A stretch of DNA of 64,000 nt from Camelus dromedarius (taxonomy: Eukaryota). The DNA lies in contig NC_087437.1 in the NCBI RefSeq assembly GCF_036321535.1, forward strand, positions 14,200,001 to 14,264,000. The letters run 5' to 3'. The notes beneath the pieces were generated by a model that had not been told where the DNA came from, ran no database searches, and saw nothing but the letters and a program-made list of their open reading frames with translations. Of the stretch, positions 51,525 to 63,867 are shown in pieces. Within the stretch, counting starts at the first letter, position 1, and each line of letters begins with the position of its first letter. A program made the translations under genes and the position numbers.

Positions 51525-52534
51525 AGTTCTATGAATTTTAAGAGCATGTATGGATTTGTTCTTTTTAGGAATGTTTTAAAATACAAATTCAATTTATTTA
51601 ACAGCTATTTAAGAGTTGTAGGGCTATTGGATTCTCTATCTCATCTTGGGTGAGCTTTGGTAGTTTGTGGGTTTTAAGAAATTAATCCATTTAAGTTGCT
51701 GAACTTTTTTTCCTAGTGTTGTTCATAATAGTGTTGTGATTCTTTTAATGTCTATGTGGTGCTGGGTCTGGTTTAAATCCTGTGGACCATATGGAGATTT
51801 TTGTCTTAGTAGACACTTGATCTTGTTAGATTCAGGCTACAAGTTCCAATCCACCTTCTGTGGGCCATGGTTGCAATATCACCTTAGTTTTCAAAGCCTC
51901 TTTATTGGGATCATCTTCTGTAGGTGCTGCTTAGCTTAGAATCTAGCTAAGAGCCCCTCTATTAACTCAGTTCTCAAGAATATTTGATATGCTAATAAAG
52001 GCCTGATTCAGAATACACAGATCAGGGTGAGCCCAGATCACACACAGATGTATGGGGTTGCTTCCTAAGCTCCTACCTCTCTACTCTCTCCTAGATACTT
52101 CCTGACTCCCTAAGGCTCCCCTCTTTAGTCCTCTGGCCAGAAATTTCTGCTTAGTGCTACTGTGTTGGAAGGACAGAGAGAAAGGGAAAAAATCACTGGG
52201 GTTTGGCCTGCCTTCTTGGACTTGCAGTTCCAATGAACTGAAAGGAAGATTCCCCTCCCTTAGAACATTATCTCCTATAGTTTACCATTATGGTCATGCA
52301 CCTTCCACTGGATTGCCTGGGCTAGGTCGTATGGGAAATCTGCTTAGGTAGAGCTTGAGTGATGAGATGAGTGATTTGTTGGCTGAAGCTTTCCAGAGCT
52401 CAGAGCTGGAGTCCCTACGCTTGCTTACTCAGAGTGGGTGGTTACTAAGATTTTGTTATAGTAAAAGAAATCTCCAATCTCTGGGACCCATCCTTGCCCC
52501 AAGGCAGTGAAAGGAACTTTCAGGAGTTTGGGTG

Positions 52535-53055
52535 GTGGTGGCAATATTTTTGATTGTTTACCCCACAGCCATTCCCTCTTCTTCCTTGCTGACATGACCC
52601 TGAGTTTGTTCAGGTATCAGGCCACAGTCTCAAGCTTGCACCTTGATTATTCTAGACAAGTATGGTTATCCAATTCTCCCCAGTGATAGGCTTACTTGTG
52701 GTCACCTGACCTAGTTCTGGCCAAGGTGATAGAAGAGGAATTCAGCTGAAAAGTTTTGGAAGGGGTTTTTCTCTCAGATTTAAAAAAGAAAAAAAGACAT
52801 ACAATTTTTTTCTTATCCCTTCCTACTTCATACTATTATATGAGGTTGTGATTTGTGGGGCTACTGCAGCCTCTTTGCAGCCATGAGGTAAACCAAAGAG
52901 AAGTTCAGTTTGTCTTGACATTGGTGAGTGACTTAAGCAAGGTGAGGACAGCCTAATTCTAGATTTTGTATGTGAAAATTATTAATTGTTCCCCTATTGT
53001 TTAACCCACTTTTGATCAGGTATTCTGTTATTTCAGACAAAAGCATCCTGATGTG
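52535..53055 (+). mobile_element. Old MaLR LTR (MLT1J/K-like)
   Basis: cagccattccctcttcttcc...gtggtcacctgacctagttctggccaa...gcagcctctttgcagccatgagg...aaagcatcctga. Confidence 0.7.
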
Positions 53056-54039
53056 ATTACCATATATGTTTTGTGTACCACCATCAACCAGTGCAGTGTT
53101 TGGCATATGGCTGGGAGCTCAATAATAGTTTATTGAGTTAGTGAATGACAGCACTGTTCAATCTTACTACTGAGTGCAGTCTGTCTTATTTCTGGTGGTG
53201 AGGTCCCAAGAGACTACCTGAGCCCTCCTTAGGTAGTCTACCTGGAGTTGCAGTCACTTGTCCATTGAATCTTTTCTTGCTTCTGCCAGTTCTTTCAGGG
53301 TTGGAGTTATGTCCACAGTCAGTAGTGCCTCCCAGATCTTCCTGAGATCAACTTTGGTCCAGATTGTGAAAGGATGACCTGATTTCATATGTTCTGTTGC
53401 TGAGTTCCTTCTAAAGAGGAACCAGGTGTTACCTTTTGCTGAACTGTCCAGCCATAGACCACTTGCCTGGGTTGCCAAATTTTGGCTATTTTTTTCCTTT
53501 TTTAAAATTCCCATCCCTTTGGAGACTGCCTGCCTGGAGCACTCTCCCCACCCCTCACCCCCAGTTACCATCACCATCCCTTGTATCTGGTCCAGGACTC
53601 CAAGCACCTGCAGCTCCTGGCCGGTGTGACCTATTTCCGTCACCCAGCACCCCCTGGGCTGGTATGGTCTGTTCTATCAGCAGACTTCCTGAGCCCTGAA
53701 GGGTTTTCTTCCTAATATGCTCAGAAGACATTTCTGTCATCTGACAGAGTTTGGTCAGATGCTAATGAACAATGACAACCATTGCTTCTTCTGCACACTC
53801 AGGAAGCTTCACCTATGATTGTGAAGTGTCAAGGAGATGCTGAGCTAGAAGAAGAAAAAGAAAATTCTCCTCTGCTCACTGTCCACTTCTAGGATTAAAG
53901 AAAGAGTCCAAGGCTTTTAGAAATCCCTGAACAAGGACATTTCAACCTCACTGTTCATAAAATCAAAAAGAGTCAACATATTTTTTATCTTACTAAAATT
54001 ATTGAGAATTACATGGTGGAAATGTTTAGTGAATTATAA

Positions 54040-54475
54040 TAACATGACCAGCCAGAAATGAAACCTGCCCAAATGCCCATAGAGTGGCAATTCTAATGTG
54101 GTATATTTATACAATGAGCACTAGGTCAATGAGAATGAAGGATCTACTATTCAACCATGTGGATGAATTTCAAAACATAATACTGAGTTAAAGAAGTCAC
54201 ATGCATAATATACTGTGTGATTCTATTTGTTCAAAGTTCAAAAACAGGCAAACCTACTGTGTGGTATTAAAAGTCAGGATAGTGGTCACCCTTGTGGGAT
54301 TCGGAGGCTGTGACCAGAAGGGAGCATAAAGTGGGCTTTTGAGGTTCTGGTCATGTCCTCCTTTTTGATCTGGGAGCTGGTTACATGGATGTGATCAGTT
54401 TGCAAAAGTTCAGTAAGCTGTACACTTATGTGCACTTTGCTATATATGTTATACTTCAATAAAAAGTTCAAAAAT
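54040..54475 (+). mobile_element. Old L1M 3' end
   Basis: atgtggtatatttatacaatg...tgtacacttatgtgcactttgctatatatgttatacttcaataaaaagtt. Confidence 0.85.
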
Positions 54476-54661
54476 AATTACATGGCCATGGAAACAAGGC
54501 CTGGATTAGAAAGCAAAGATTCACAGAATTCTAGTACCCAAAGTGAAACCCTTTATTTTATAGGGGGGCAGACTGAGTGCTCATCCACCCCAGTGAATCA
54601 TCTGAAGTCCTCTTGATGAGCCAATGGTCAAGTCAGACATGGTGTCCATGTCTGATTCCAG

Positions 54662-54777
54662 CCCAGGGCCTTGGCTTAATGCTCTGGTGTCACCATCTTG
54701 AAATTCTTACTAATTTTTAAACAAAGGATTGAGCATTTTCATTTGACTGGTTCCCACAGATTATGAAGCTAGTCCTG
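54662..54777. mobile_element. MER91-like hAT-Tip100 fragment
   Basis: aatgctctggtgtcaccatcttgaaattctta...gcattttcatttgactgg...gctagtcctg. Confidence 0.65.
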
Positions 54778-55639
54778 TACATAGATGTTGCTTTGTGTAA
54801 TATTAGTGGTATGCAAGCCAAGTATTTGTAATCAGGATCTATTTTTAATGAGCTAGGGAAATTTGTCATTTAAAGGCAAATCCTGTACAACAACAAATCA
54901 GTTTTATACAAAGAATAATCCCCTAGTTTATTTATACTACTGCTAAATTTCTGTACCACCAATGGAAAGTGAAATAATTTAAAAAATCTTGGAATGGTCT
55001 AATTTAAGAGCTGGAAAGAGATCTTTAAAATCATCTCATCCATCCCTCTTATTTTGCAGATGGAGAAAATCAGGTCTAAAGAAGGGAGTGATTTGCAAAG
55101 GGATTGAGTCAATTATGTAGGTGGAAGTCAGTGAAAACTGATCAGTGTAGTATAATAGTTGAAGACTCAGTGGTATTTGGAAATTTCTGGCAGTGTCTGG
55201 AGCTCTTCTTTTTCCATCCCAGAAAAAGCCTCTTAGCCAGGCCAAAACATTAAACTTTGCTTTTTGCAGAATCATTTACTGGAGAGAAAGCATACAGGGA
55301 AATTGATTATATTTTATATAAAATAATTACCTTAATGCAGCATCTGCTGTATGCAATGTTCACTTGGAAACAGGAATGGCTGTCAGAATGGCTCTGCCTC
55401 AGACAGTCTGTTAGCATCAACCTGACCCAGCCCAACTCAGTATCTGCCACATGCAGATGTCACTGTCCAACAAAGAGCCCGGCATCTGTCTGGCGCTCTG
55501 GGTTTGCACCTCAGCCCACCTCTGCTTTGCTTCACTGAACAGATTTAGGTGGTTGGGTCATGGCTGTGTTCTGCTTTAGATCAGTGATGTTTCTGGATCC
55601 AGAGAAAGCAAGAATTAATTAAAATTTTTAAGTAGCTAA

Positions 55640-56300
55640 TATAAGCTAGGAGCTCTGCTAGGTGACGGGGATGAAGTATACCTCTGTTCTCAGGGAGTCC
55701 TCAGCCTGGTTGGAAAGGCAGGCATGGTTACAGGTAAGGCAGTGAGTGCTACAGTCCAGCCACTTAAAGAGTAGTGGGATAGTGGGGCTATCTGGTAGCC
55801 TGGCAGAGTGGGGAGCAAAGATGTGCTTCCTGAGTCTTAAAGGATGAGTAGATGTTAGCCTGATGAGGACCCAGGAGGGGTTTGACATGGCAGGTAAGCA
55901 AAGAACTCCAGGGAAAGTGTGATCAAAGCTAGTGAATGGCTTTGAACAGGGAAATGACTGGTAATTCAGAAAGAATTCTGGGGGACAATGGTTAGCGGAT
56001 AGTAGAGGGCAAGATAGGAGGCAGTGGTCCCGGTGAGCAAAGGCAGGAGTCTAAGCGATGAGTGCCCCTCACCCTTCTCAGAAAAAATGTCTGAAAACAG
56101 TAGGCAGGTGAAGTTATCAGGACCTGGTCACCTATGAGTATGGAGGCTAAGAGAAAAGACAAGGAGGCTCCGTTTTGTGGCCAAGACAATCCGTAGAGAC
56201 ATCAGCAGACATGGACATTGCAGAGGAGGATTTAAAGGGAAGGGGAGGACACAGTCTGGGAGACACTGAGTTTGAGGTGCCTATGGAACATCTAGATGGA
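55640..56300. mobile_element. L2 fragments
   Basis: ctgagtcttaaaggatgagtag; acactgagtttgaggtgcctatggaacatc. Confidence 0.65.
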
Positions 56301-58159
56301 TAACTTACCCCATTTGAAGCAGAAACATTTGAATCTTTTCTTAAAGTTGTCTGAATGCATGTTTGTGATCACTGGCCAACTGAATTCAAAGCTCATGTGT
56401 GCATACAATACAGTGTCATGCATCTTCATTTCAAGTGGGCATGTCATTATGTATTCATTTTTAAACTGTGTCTAAAGAGAAGAGAGTAAGGAGGTTAGAA
56501 TACTGCAATTTTATTGCTAAAAGGAGCCACACGAACCACATTCCACATGACGCACAGCGAGATTCAGGTCTCCCAGTGGCAGAACTGGGACTCCAGCCTC
56601 ATGCGCCATCCCCCGCCCCATGCAATTCCCCTGTGTGAAGGGCGCCACGCAGACCTCCCATTTTAAAGGAGAGCTTTGAAATGTTTTCTTCTTCCAGTCT
56701 CTATGTCTGCCTGCCACCTGATCATGGTTTTATTTTCCCCCTCCTCCTCAGGTCCCAACTTCATCCCCTGCTTGTCTTAAAACTTCTTTGAGGAGTGCTT
56801 TGAAGAAAGTTCTCATGACCTGGTAGTTGATTCCATGGTTCCCAGTGAAGTGGGAAGCCCCTGAGGTGCTCAGGTTATGGGGGTCTGATGGACATCATTT
56901 GCCCTGAGGGCGAGCAGGGTCTTGAATAGTTAGAGGCACAGGGGAAGGCAAAGCAGGAAACTTTGGATCAGCTTTTCCTCATCATGGTTCTTTTCAGAGA
57001 GAGAAATAGATTTATCAGAATCTGAGTCAAGCAGGTGTTGGCATCTTCTAGGAGGACTTTCAAAATAATTTTAAGCAATAGCGTTTGAATAATTTTGTCT
57101 GGGCCTTTCAAATCACACCCATCCTGAATTCTAAGAAGACAAATTATTATGTGTCATTGCCAAGGTTTCATTGTACATCAAATTTAGGTTTATTGGAAGT
57201 CCCTCATACCACCAGTGTCCAAGTTATAGAAATCAGCACAGACTATCTCTTTCTAAAATAATTACAGATTTATAGTAGACTATTTGCATGGGACACTGTC
57301 CTTATACCTGCATTGTCTTACTTCATCCTTTTTCTGGTGTGGAGGGGAACTTTAAGCATAATACAGAATCAAAGTTAATCTGTGAGAAGCCATCAGTATC
57401 GGCAAGAGGGAGCCTTGTCTGTCTTGTTCTGCTCCACTCTGAAAAATTAAAGCCTTGGACAATGAGATCTGTCAGCATAGCAGCCATGGAGACTGAAGTA
57501 GGTGCCCTGGGCCAGGAGCAGTGGAAAAGGAAGAAGGGAGAGAAGACAAAACTTCCAGACCCATATGAGCAGAACTTAGGGCAAAAGGGAAACTGTAAAA
57601 ACATCGCGGCAGCCCTGTGCTCTGAGCGTGTCCCAGATTTGCCTTGAGTAAGACTGGGCTCTTTCTGGTGAAGGGCTGTGCCTACACACTTCACCGTGCA
57701 TCGCAGCCAGGTTCTAGTCGCTTTCATGACATGTTGGTAAGGACCATGATACATGGGGATGGTAAGCCCTTGGTCAGGAATGCGTACTAATAGTGACAAT
57801 TACGCGCTATCATTTATTGACCATCTACTGTGTGCCGAGCATCAGCGTAGGTTTGTAGCTGATCAAGTGGTGGCAGTGGTACCCAGACCAGAACCCAGGT
57901 CCCAGGGCTGCCTTTTCAGAGCCCTTTCCATTGCACTGTAATTGCCCAGTGTTCATAATCTCGAATGGAGCAGTGTGTGCTCATGGAGATGGAAAAGCTG
58001 TGACAACACCAAAGAATGAATCTTCATGGTGGAATTTAAGGCATGTGATAAGAGTGGACTTCGACTAGCCTTCTAAAGATAGTTCCAGATAGGAAGGCTG
58101 GCCTCCCCAGGTTAAGGAGTTACCTTTTCTTGTTTGAATGTGTATTAAGGAGAAATCTT

Positions 58160-58490
58160 TTCTTACTTTCTTTCTTTTTTAAAAAACACCTTTATTGTGG
58201 TATGGTTCCTGTGCAGTAAACTACACATATTTCAGATGTACAATTTGATGAGTTTTGATAGATGTACACACCCATGACACCACCACCACAATCAAGACAG
58301 CTAACGTTTCCATCTCTTCCCAAGAGGAGTAAATTTTAAATTACCGATTTATCCCTTCCCACCCCCTTTACCCCGCTGGTAACCATAAGTTTGCTCTTTA
58401 TGTCTGTGTCTGTTTCTGTTTTGTAACTAGTTCATTTGTGTCCTTTTATTTTTTTTAAGATTTTGCATATAAGTGATATTATATGGTATT
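58160..58490 (-). mobile_element. Chimeric-3'-end L1, copy 3
   Basis: Roughly 90% identical by eye to 5223-5530. A degenerate flanking duplication tttgaatgtgt(a/t)ttaa(g/a)g(a/t)gaaa lies at 58133-58155 and 58491-58513. Confidence 0.9.
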
Positions 58491-60037
58491 TTTGAATGTG
58501 TTTTAAAGTGAAACCTTGATAAGAATTCTCAACTTAGGTCATCCCTGAATGGCCCCAAGCCCACTGGAAACTTAGGCAACCAATCTCAGACTTATTTGAA
58601 ATCAGACTTCCCCTAAATCAGAGATGGGAAAAGAAGGAATTTATATTCTGCTTCTTGGGCCAAGTTCTTCTTGCCATAACCAAGTTCTTTCAATTTCTGC
58701 TTAAAGAAACCTGCTGAACTCACACCTGAATGATGCAATGTGGCTCTCCCTTTCAGGCAAGCAAGAACTCCAGCTTTCTTTCAGACCATCTTTGGTGGTC
58801 TCTGTTTCTTACTGCCCAATACATATCGATTTTTAATTAAAAATATGTGTATAGTCCAGCCTTTCTGTATATTTGGAGGAGAATTTGGGGTGGGGTTGGC
58901 TTACACATCTCTATGTCTGCCACCCTGTCTAGAAGTCTGGGTAACTTCTGCAGCTTTTACAATGTTGGCTCACATTGTAATCCACAACGGTCCTCAAGGT
59001 CAGGGGAAGAAGGACACAAGAAGTTGAACAAGGAAGGAGTGCCAAAAGCATCCTCTCCTGTGATACAGAAAGGCTCTCTGCTGCCTGGCCAAGGGCACAC
59101 CTTGTTCTTCACCCCAGAATCTTAGAGGCAGAAGGGCCACTTTTTGTAGTCAGGGATCTGGGTTCTCACCGTCAGCAGCCATGTGGCCTTGGGAACATTC
59201 GTCAGCTAGAGAACTTGCTGATCTGGAAAAAGAGACTTTTCACAAGACCGCCCAAAATATTTTTTTTAAACTTACGGAAAACTGGAAGTGACTATTTTCA
59301 TGTGCCAGCTGCTGAAGAGCATTTTTGTTTAAAGATATACCAGGTGGAAAAACGTTTCAAGGGACATTTCAGTGGATAAGGGTTGGCTCTTCCAGGTGTC
59401 ACTTGAAAGGAAAGTCACCCTCAGCGACACAGAGACGGGCGCTCCAGCCCCGTAAAACGGAGCTAGTGGGCACCGACAGTGACTACTGCAGTACCAAAGC
59501 CTGTTCCATGACATGTGTTCTTTTCAGAAAGTTCAGCAGTTTCCTTAGAACATCGTGCAGTGAATATCTACGTTAGGTTCTTAGTCTTGAAACGTGCTCT
59601 ATGAAGTACGCATTGAGGCAGAGCAGGTTCCTCTCCCCGTTGGGCCTGCTGGGTAGCACCCTTCTATTTGGAATTCAGTGTTCTCATTACAATAACAACA
59701 ATGCAACATAGCACATACTTTCCTTTTCCTCAGAATAAGAAACTAATTAAAGTCTCATGTTCCCTTACCATTTGTGGGTTCCTACATACCATACATGGAA
59801 ATATATAAAGGGTATGAATCAAGGGAACAAATTTAAATAAAATAAATGTTATCTCTCTGTTTTGACATATATGACTTTGTAACATCCTGGAAGGCCGAAT
59901 TTGAGTTTTTTTCAGATTTCTTGAGATCCCATGCTGGAATGAGATGGCAGTGGAGAGCAGACCCCTAGACTGTAGCTCACCCGCCCTCCTTTTCCCATCC
60001 CCAGTTCTAGAATGTTCTGTGAGGGACCTTGTGCACC

Positions 60038-60221
60038 ATGTGTTAGTCTGCTCGAGCTGCTGTAACAAAATGCCACAGGCTGGGTGCCTTAAGTAACAGA
60101 AATTAACTTCTTACAGTTCTGGAGGCTGGAAGTTCCAGATCAAGGTGCCAGGCAATTTGGTTCCTGGTGAGAGTTTGGTTCCTGGTGAGAGTTTCCTTCC
60201 TGGCTTGCAGTTGCTACCTTC
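60038..60221 (-). mobile_element. Truncated MaLR LTR (MLT1A-like) with an 18-bp tandem duplication
   Basis: gctgctgtaacaaaatgccacaggctggg...cagttctggaggctggaag; tttggttcctggtgagag occurs twice at 60156-60191. Confidence 0.85.
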
Positions 60222-60357
60222 TTTTTTTTTTTTTTTTTAACTTGGGTTTATTTCTGTACTTTTTTTTTCATTTATGTGTCTGCCAATTCCATGCCATTTT
60301 CTTTTAAACAATTATTATTGTAGCTTTGTAGTATATGTGCATAGATATATATAGACA

Positions 60358-60770
60358 TTTTTAATTGAAGTATAGTTGATTTACCATGGTGTGTTAGTTT
60401 CAGGTGTACAGCAAAGAGAGTCAATTACATACATGTAGATATGCACATATATATACATTCTTTTTTATATTCCTTCCATTATGGTTTATTATAGGATATT
60501 GAACATACTTCCCTATTCTACACAGTAGGACCTTTTGTTTATCTATTTTATATATAGTAATGTGTATCTGTTAATCCCAAACTCCTAATCTATCCACTCT
60601 CCTCCCTTCCCCCTGGTAACCACAGTTTGTTTTCTATGTCCATGAGTCTATTTCTGGTTTATAAGTAAAATTTGTACTTTTTTAAGATTCCACATATATG
60701 TGACATGATATGGTATTTGTTTTTGTCTGTCCGACTTACTTCACTTAATATCTCTAGGTCCATCCATGTT
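60358..60770 (-). mobile_element. L1 3' fragment (possibly carrying 3'-transduced DNA at 60222-60357)
   Basis: tttttaattgaagtatagttgattt...ggtccatccatgtt. Confidence 0.9.
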
Positions 60771-60883
60771 AAAACAGCCACATTTGGCTCTTGGCTACCA
60801 TAGTCATTGCCGATCTAGAAGTCGGGGAGCAGGTTTTATGTAAGCGTGTCTCCTGGCTCCACAGCATCCTTGTCCAGAGGATA

Positions 60884-61930
60884 TGTAACGGGTTGCATTT
60901 TCCACATATGGCCAATCCACCTATTTATCCCACGGCACATGCTCTTCTAACAGCGTGATTGACACTCCTCTCTACCAACAGGTGGGGGTCTGTGTTCCCT
61001 CCAGGCAAGGGATTGTGACTGTCTGGACCAACGCAGTGTGGTGGAAGTGAGAGTAAGTGACTTCTAAAGCCAGGTCATAAAAAGGACCCAGCTTCTGGCC
61101 ACTTCTCTCTCTCTGTCTCTCTCTCTCACACACACACACTTTCTTTCAGACCTCTTGCTTTTGAAACTGTGGAAATAAGCAAAGACTACCCAAATGAGAA
61201 CAAACAAAAGCTTTTGAAATCAGAGCTTGTGCAGTAGGGAGTCAGCCACCATCCCATGTGTTTGCAGAGACGCCAAGGCGGGCAGAGGAGTGGAGAGCTG
61301 TAAGTGGAGAAAAGGGAAAGCCTCAGGTGTGCCCTGATCGGCAGTGGTTGGCCTGGGGAAGCTGCCAGTGGGCCAAGTGGAAGTGGGGTGCTTTATGTGG
61401 TTGGTTAGGGAGCAGCTTTGGCTTTCTCTGGTTGATCTCAAGTTGGAAAGGGGGGCAAAAATTAGAGAAGCTATCAGTTATTGATCAAGTCCTGGCCATT
61501 TGGGGCTTATGGCTACAGAGGTTGTGGCTGGCTTCCTGGGCTGGTGGCTGCACACGGCAGGTCAGGGCTCTGCTTTCACATATGGTCTAGTCATTGTTCA
61601 CTTGTGTATTCAGTCTCTAACCCAGCCACGTCTTCCCATGTGGAGAGGACCTGAGGTCTTCTGACAGCGGCCAAAACCAACTTGCCAGCTCTGGGAGTGA
61701 ACACCTTGGAAGTATATCCTCCAAAGTCAAACCTTCAAATGACTGCAGGCCCAGCTGACATCGGACTACAACCTCAGGAGAGACCCGGAACCAGAACCAC
61801 CCAGCTCATCTGCTCTTCAATTCACAATCCACAGACACCATGAAAAATATAAATGACTATTGTCATTTTAACCCACTAAATCTTGTGGTGATTTTTTATG
61901 CAGCCTTTATTAGATCACTAGATCACTAAT
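60884..61930 (+). mobile_element. MaLR LTR (MLT1F-like) split by an ERV1 LTR
   Basis: gtgacttctaaagccaggtcataaaaagg; cccagctgacatcggactacaacctcaggagagaccc...aaccacccagct. Confidence 0.8.
61168..61620 (-). mobile_element. ERV1 solo LTR (MER34/MER39-like)
   Basis: tgtggaaataagcaaagactacccaaatgagaac...tgtgtattcagtctct, the reverse complement of the 36642-37082 family. Confidence 0.75.
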
Positions 61931-62309
61931 AAGGGACAGGAGTGGAGCAGAAAAGGGGCCGTTTCAGAACCCCCCAAAGTGTGGAGCTTAGAACAGGGGC
62001 CTCTTTGCCTGGATCTAAGGGCAGTACTGATGAAAGGATATCAAAGTTTTGTTTGTTTCAGTATCTAGCTATTTCCTAGGGAAGGATGAGCTCATTTATA
62101 CAAAAAGAGGAAGCTGGAGGACTGATTAGGGTATCTGACACCAGCTGTAGCAAAAGAGCTCTTTATCTGGATATAATATAAATAAATACACTAAAATGTC
62201 ATAAGCCTGGTTATTTGCTTGATGTGTAAACACCCAAACATGTACACAGTCTGGAATAGCCACAGTGGGAGGAGAGCTGCTTAACCCAATGATGCTGTCT
62301 ATCACTTTT

Positions 62310-62515
62310 CAAAAATGCCTGTGAAACCTCTTTCAGAATTGCCTGCGAAGCTGGATTATGAGCTTGCTGTGAAACCAGATTCATCACTCAAACTGAGACT
62401 CAGTTTGTGACCCGAGACAGCATTTCACAGCTTGATCACCCAGCCTACTCTGCAGACTTCGCTCTGAATGGCTTCGGACTCTTTCTAAAACTCCCGTACC
62501 CCCCTCTGAGGATAT
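62310..62515 (+). mobile_element. Mariner-derived fossil (MARNA-like)
   Basis: 62437-62493 encodes HPAYSADFALNGFGLFLKL, matching the mariner HPPYSPDLAPxDFxLFxxL motif. Confidence 0.75.
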
Positions 62516-62879
62516 TTGCTGTCAGAGTTATCGTTCTCAAACACATCTCGGATTATGTGCTGCAGTGGCTCTTGGTTGCATGGAGAATTAAGCCCCAACT
62601 TCTCAGCCACATTTTCAAAACTTTCTGCAGCATGCACCCCCAACTCAGCCTCCCAATTCTGCCATCCCAGAACACACGATGCTTTCTTTACTTCCTGGTG
62701 ATATGTACCATTGACTGAGCCATTATTATGTGCCTAACACTGGGCTGAGTGTTACATAGTTACATAATATCTCATTCTATCCTTCTATGATTTTGTAAGA
62801 TAAATGTTATCTTTCTAATATAGATAATAATGAAACAGTGATCACTAACACTCTGTACAGTGCTTACAATGTGCTAAGC

Positions 62880-63400
62880 CACTGTCCATTAGAAATATGA
62901 GCCACATACATAACTTAAAATTTCTAATTGCCACACTGGAAAGTAAAAATGGAGAATTAGTTTTAATAAAGTATTTTATCAGTGAGCTTAAAATCAATAT
63001 AAAAACTTACTAATATATTTCATATTTCTTTTTGGCATTGTCTTTGAAATTCACCATGCATTTTATACCTACAGAACATCTCAATTTGGACGCTAAATTT
63101 TCATCACAAATACTTGATCTATATTTAGATTTCATAAAAAGTGCAGTGGAAGAATCAGATTCACACACCCAAGTTGCTCCAAACATACTTAAAAGGTTTC
63201 TAATACCTGAATCAGTACCAAAACATCATTTCCTTTTCTATTCTCATTCCTATTGATAAAATTACTTCAATTTAAATGTTTAAATTTCAATCAATTAAAA
63301 TTAAATAAAATGTAAAATTTAGTTTCTCAGCCACACTAGCCACATACCAATTGCTCGATGGCCCCATGTGGCCAGTGACTGCCTTGTTGGACAGTCCAAT
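62880..63400. mobile_element. hAT-Charlie element (Charlie1/MER33-like)
   Basis: gagccacatacataacttaaaatttcta...acatctcaatttggac...cagccacactagccaca. Confidence 0.8.
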
Positions 63401-63449
63401 GTAAGCACTTCACCACTGTCCACATGAATGGACGGGGTAGGTGCTGTCA

Positions 63450-63630
63450 TTGTGTTTATTTTACAGATAAGGAAACAGAGGCACAGAGATGTAGGAACTT
63501 GCACTAGCACACACAGCTAATGAGCTGAAGCTCACGTGGGTCTAAGCTAATAAAGGTTGGAGCCAGGATTTGAACTCAGAGTTATGTCCAAAGCCCAGGT
63601 TTTTTTTTAATCCACGGGCTACTCTGCTCT
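63450..63630. mobile_element. MIR SINE
   Basis: attttacagataaggaaacagaggcacagaga...gagccaggatttgaactcag. Confidence 0.85.
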
Positions 63631-63867
63631 ACACATTTAATTTCTCACTATTCTCCTAAAATTCTTACCCTATTATTTCTGGTCCTTTGTATTGGACTGC
63701 TCCCTCTGTCTGGAATGCCTTGCAAAGTCCATTTTGAGTGTTAATTTATTCATTCAGTCATTCAGTCAATCAAATTTTCAGCAAACGTTTGTAGTCATTT
63801 TTCAGATATCTCCCATATAGGATAGAGTGGATGTAGCCCCTGCCCTCACAGAACTTATAGTCTTTAA

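Larger units (their letters stand above)
48165..51760 (-). mobile_element. Long old L1M (L1MB/MC-like) element with nested insertions
   Basis: The L1M 3' end starts near 48170, followed by ORF2-region motifs (aatgttgaatggaagtggtgagaggg; ttttctgcatctgttaa; agaatttaccagtgaaactatctggg). Confidence 0.85.

Noticed and set aside
57288..57799. Overlapping 119-aa and 158-aa ORFs
   Set aside because: There is no recognisable domain or splice context, and the lengths are compatible with chance.
36642..61620. Two MER34/39-like LTRs as the ends of one provirus
   Set aside because: They are in opposite orientation, 24 kb apart and highly diverged, with no gag/pol between them.
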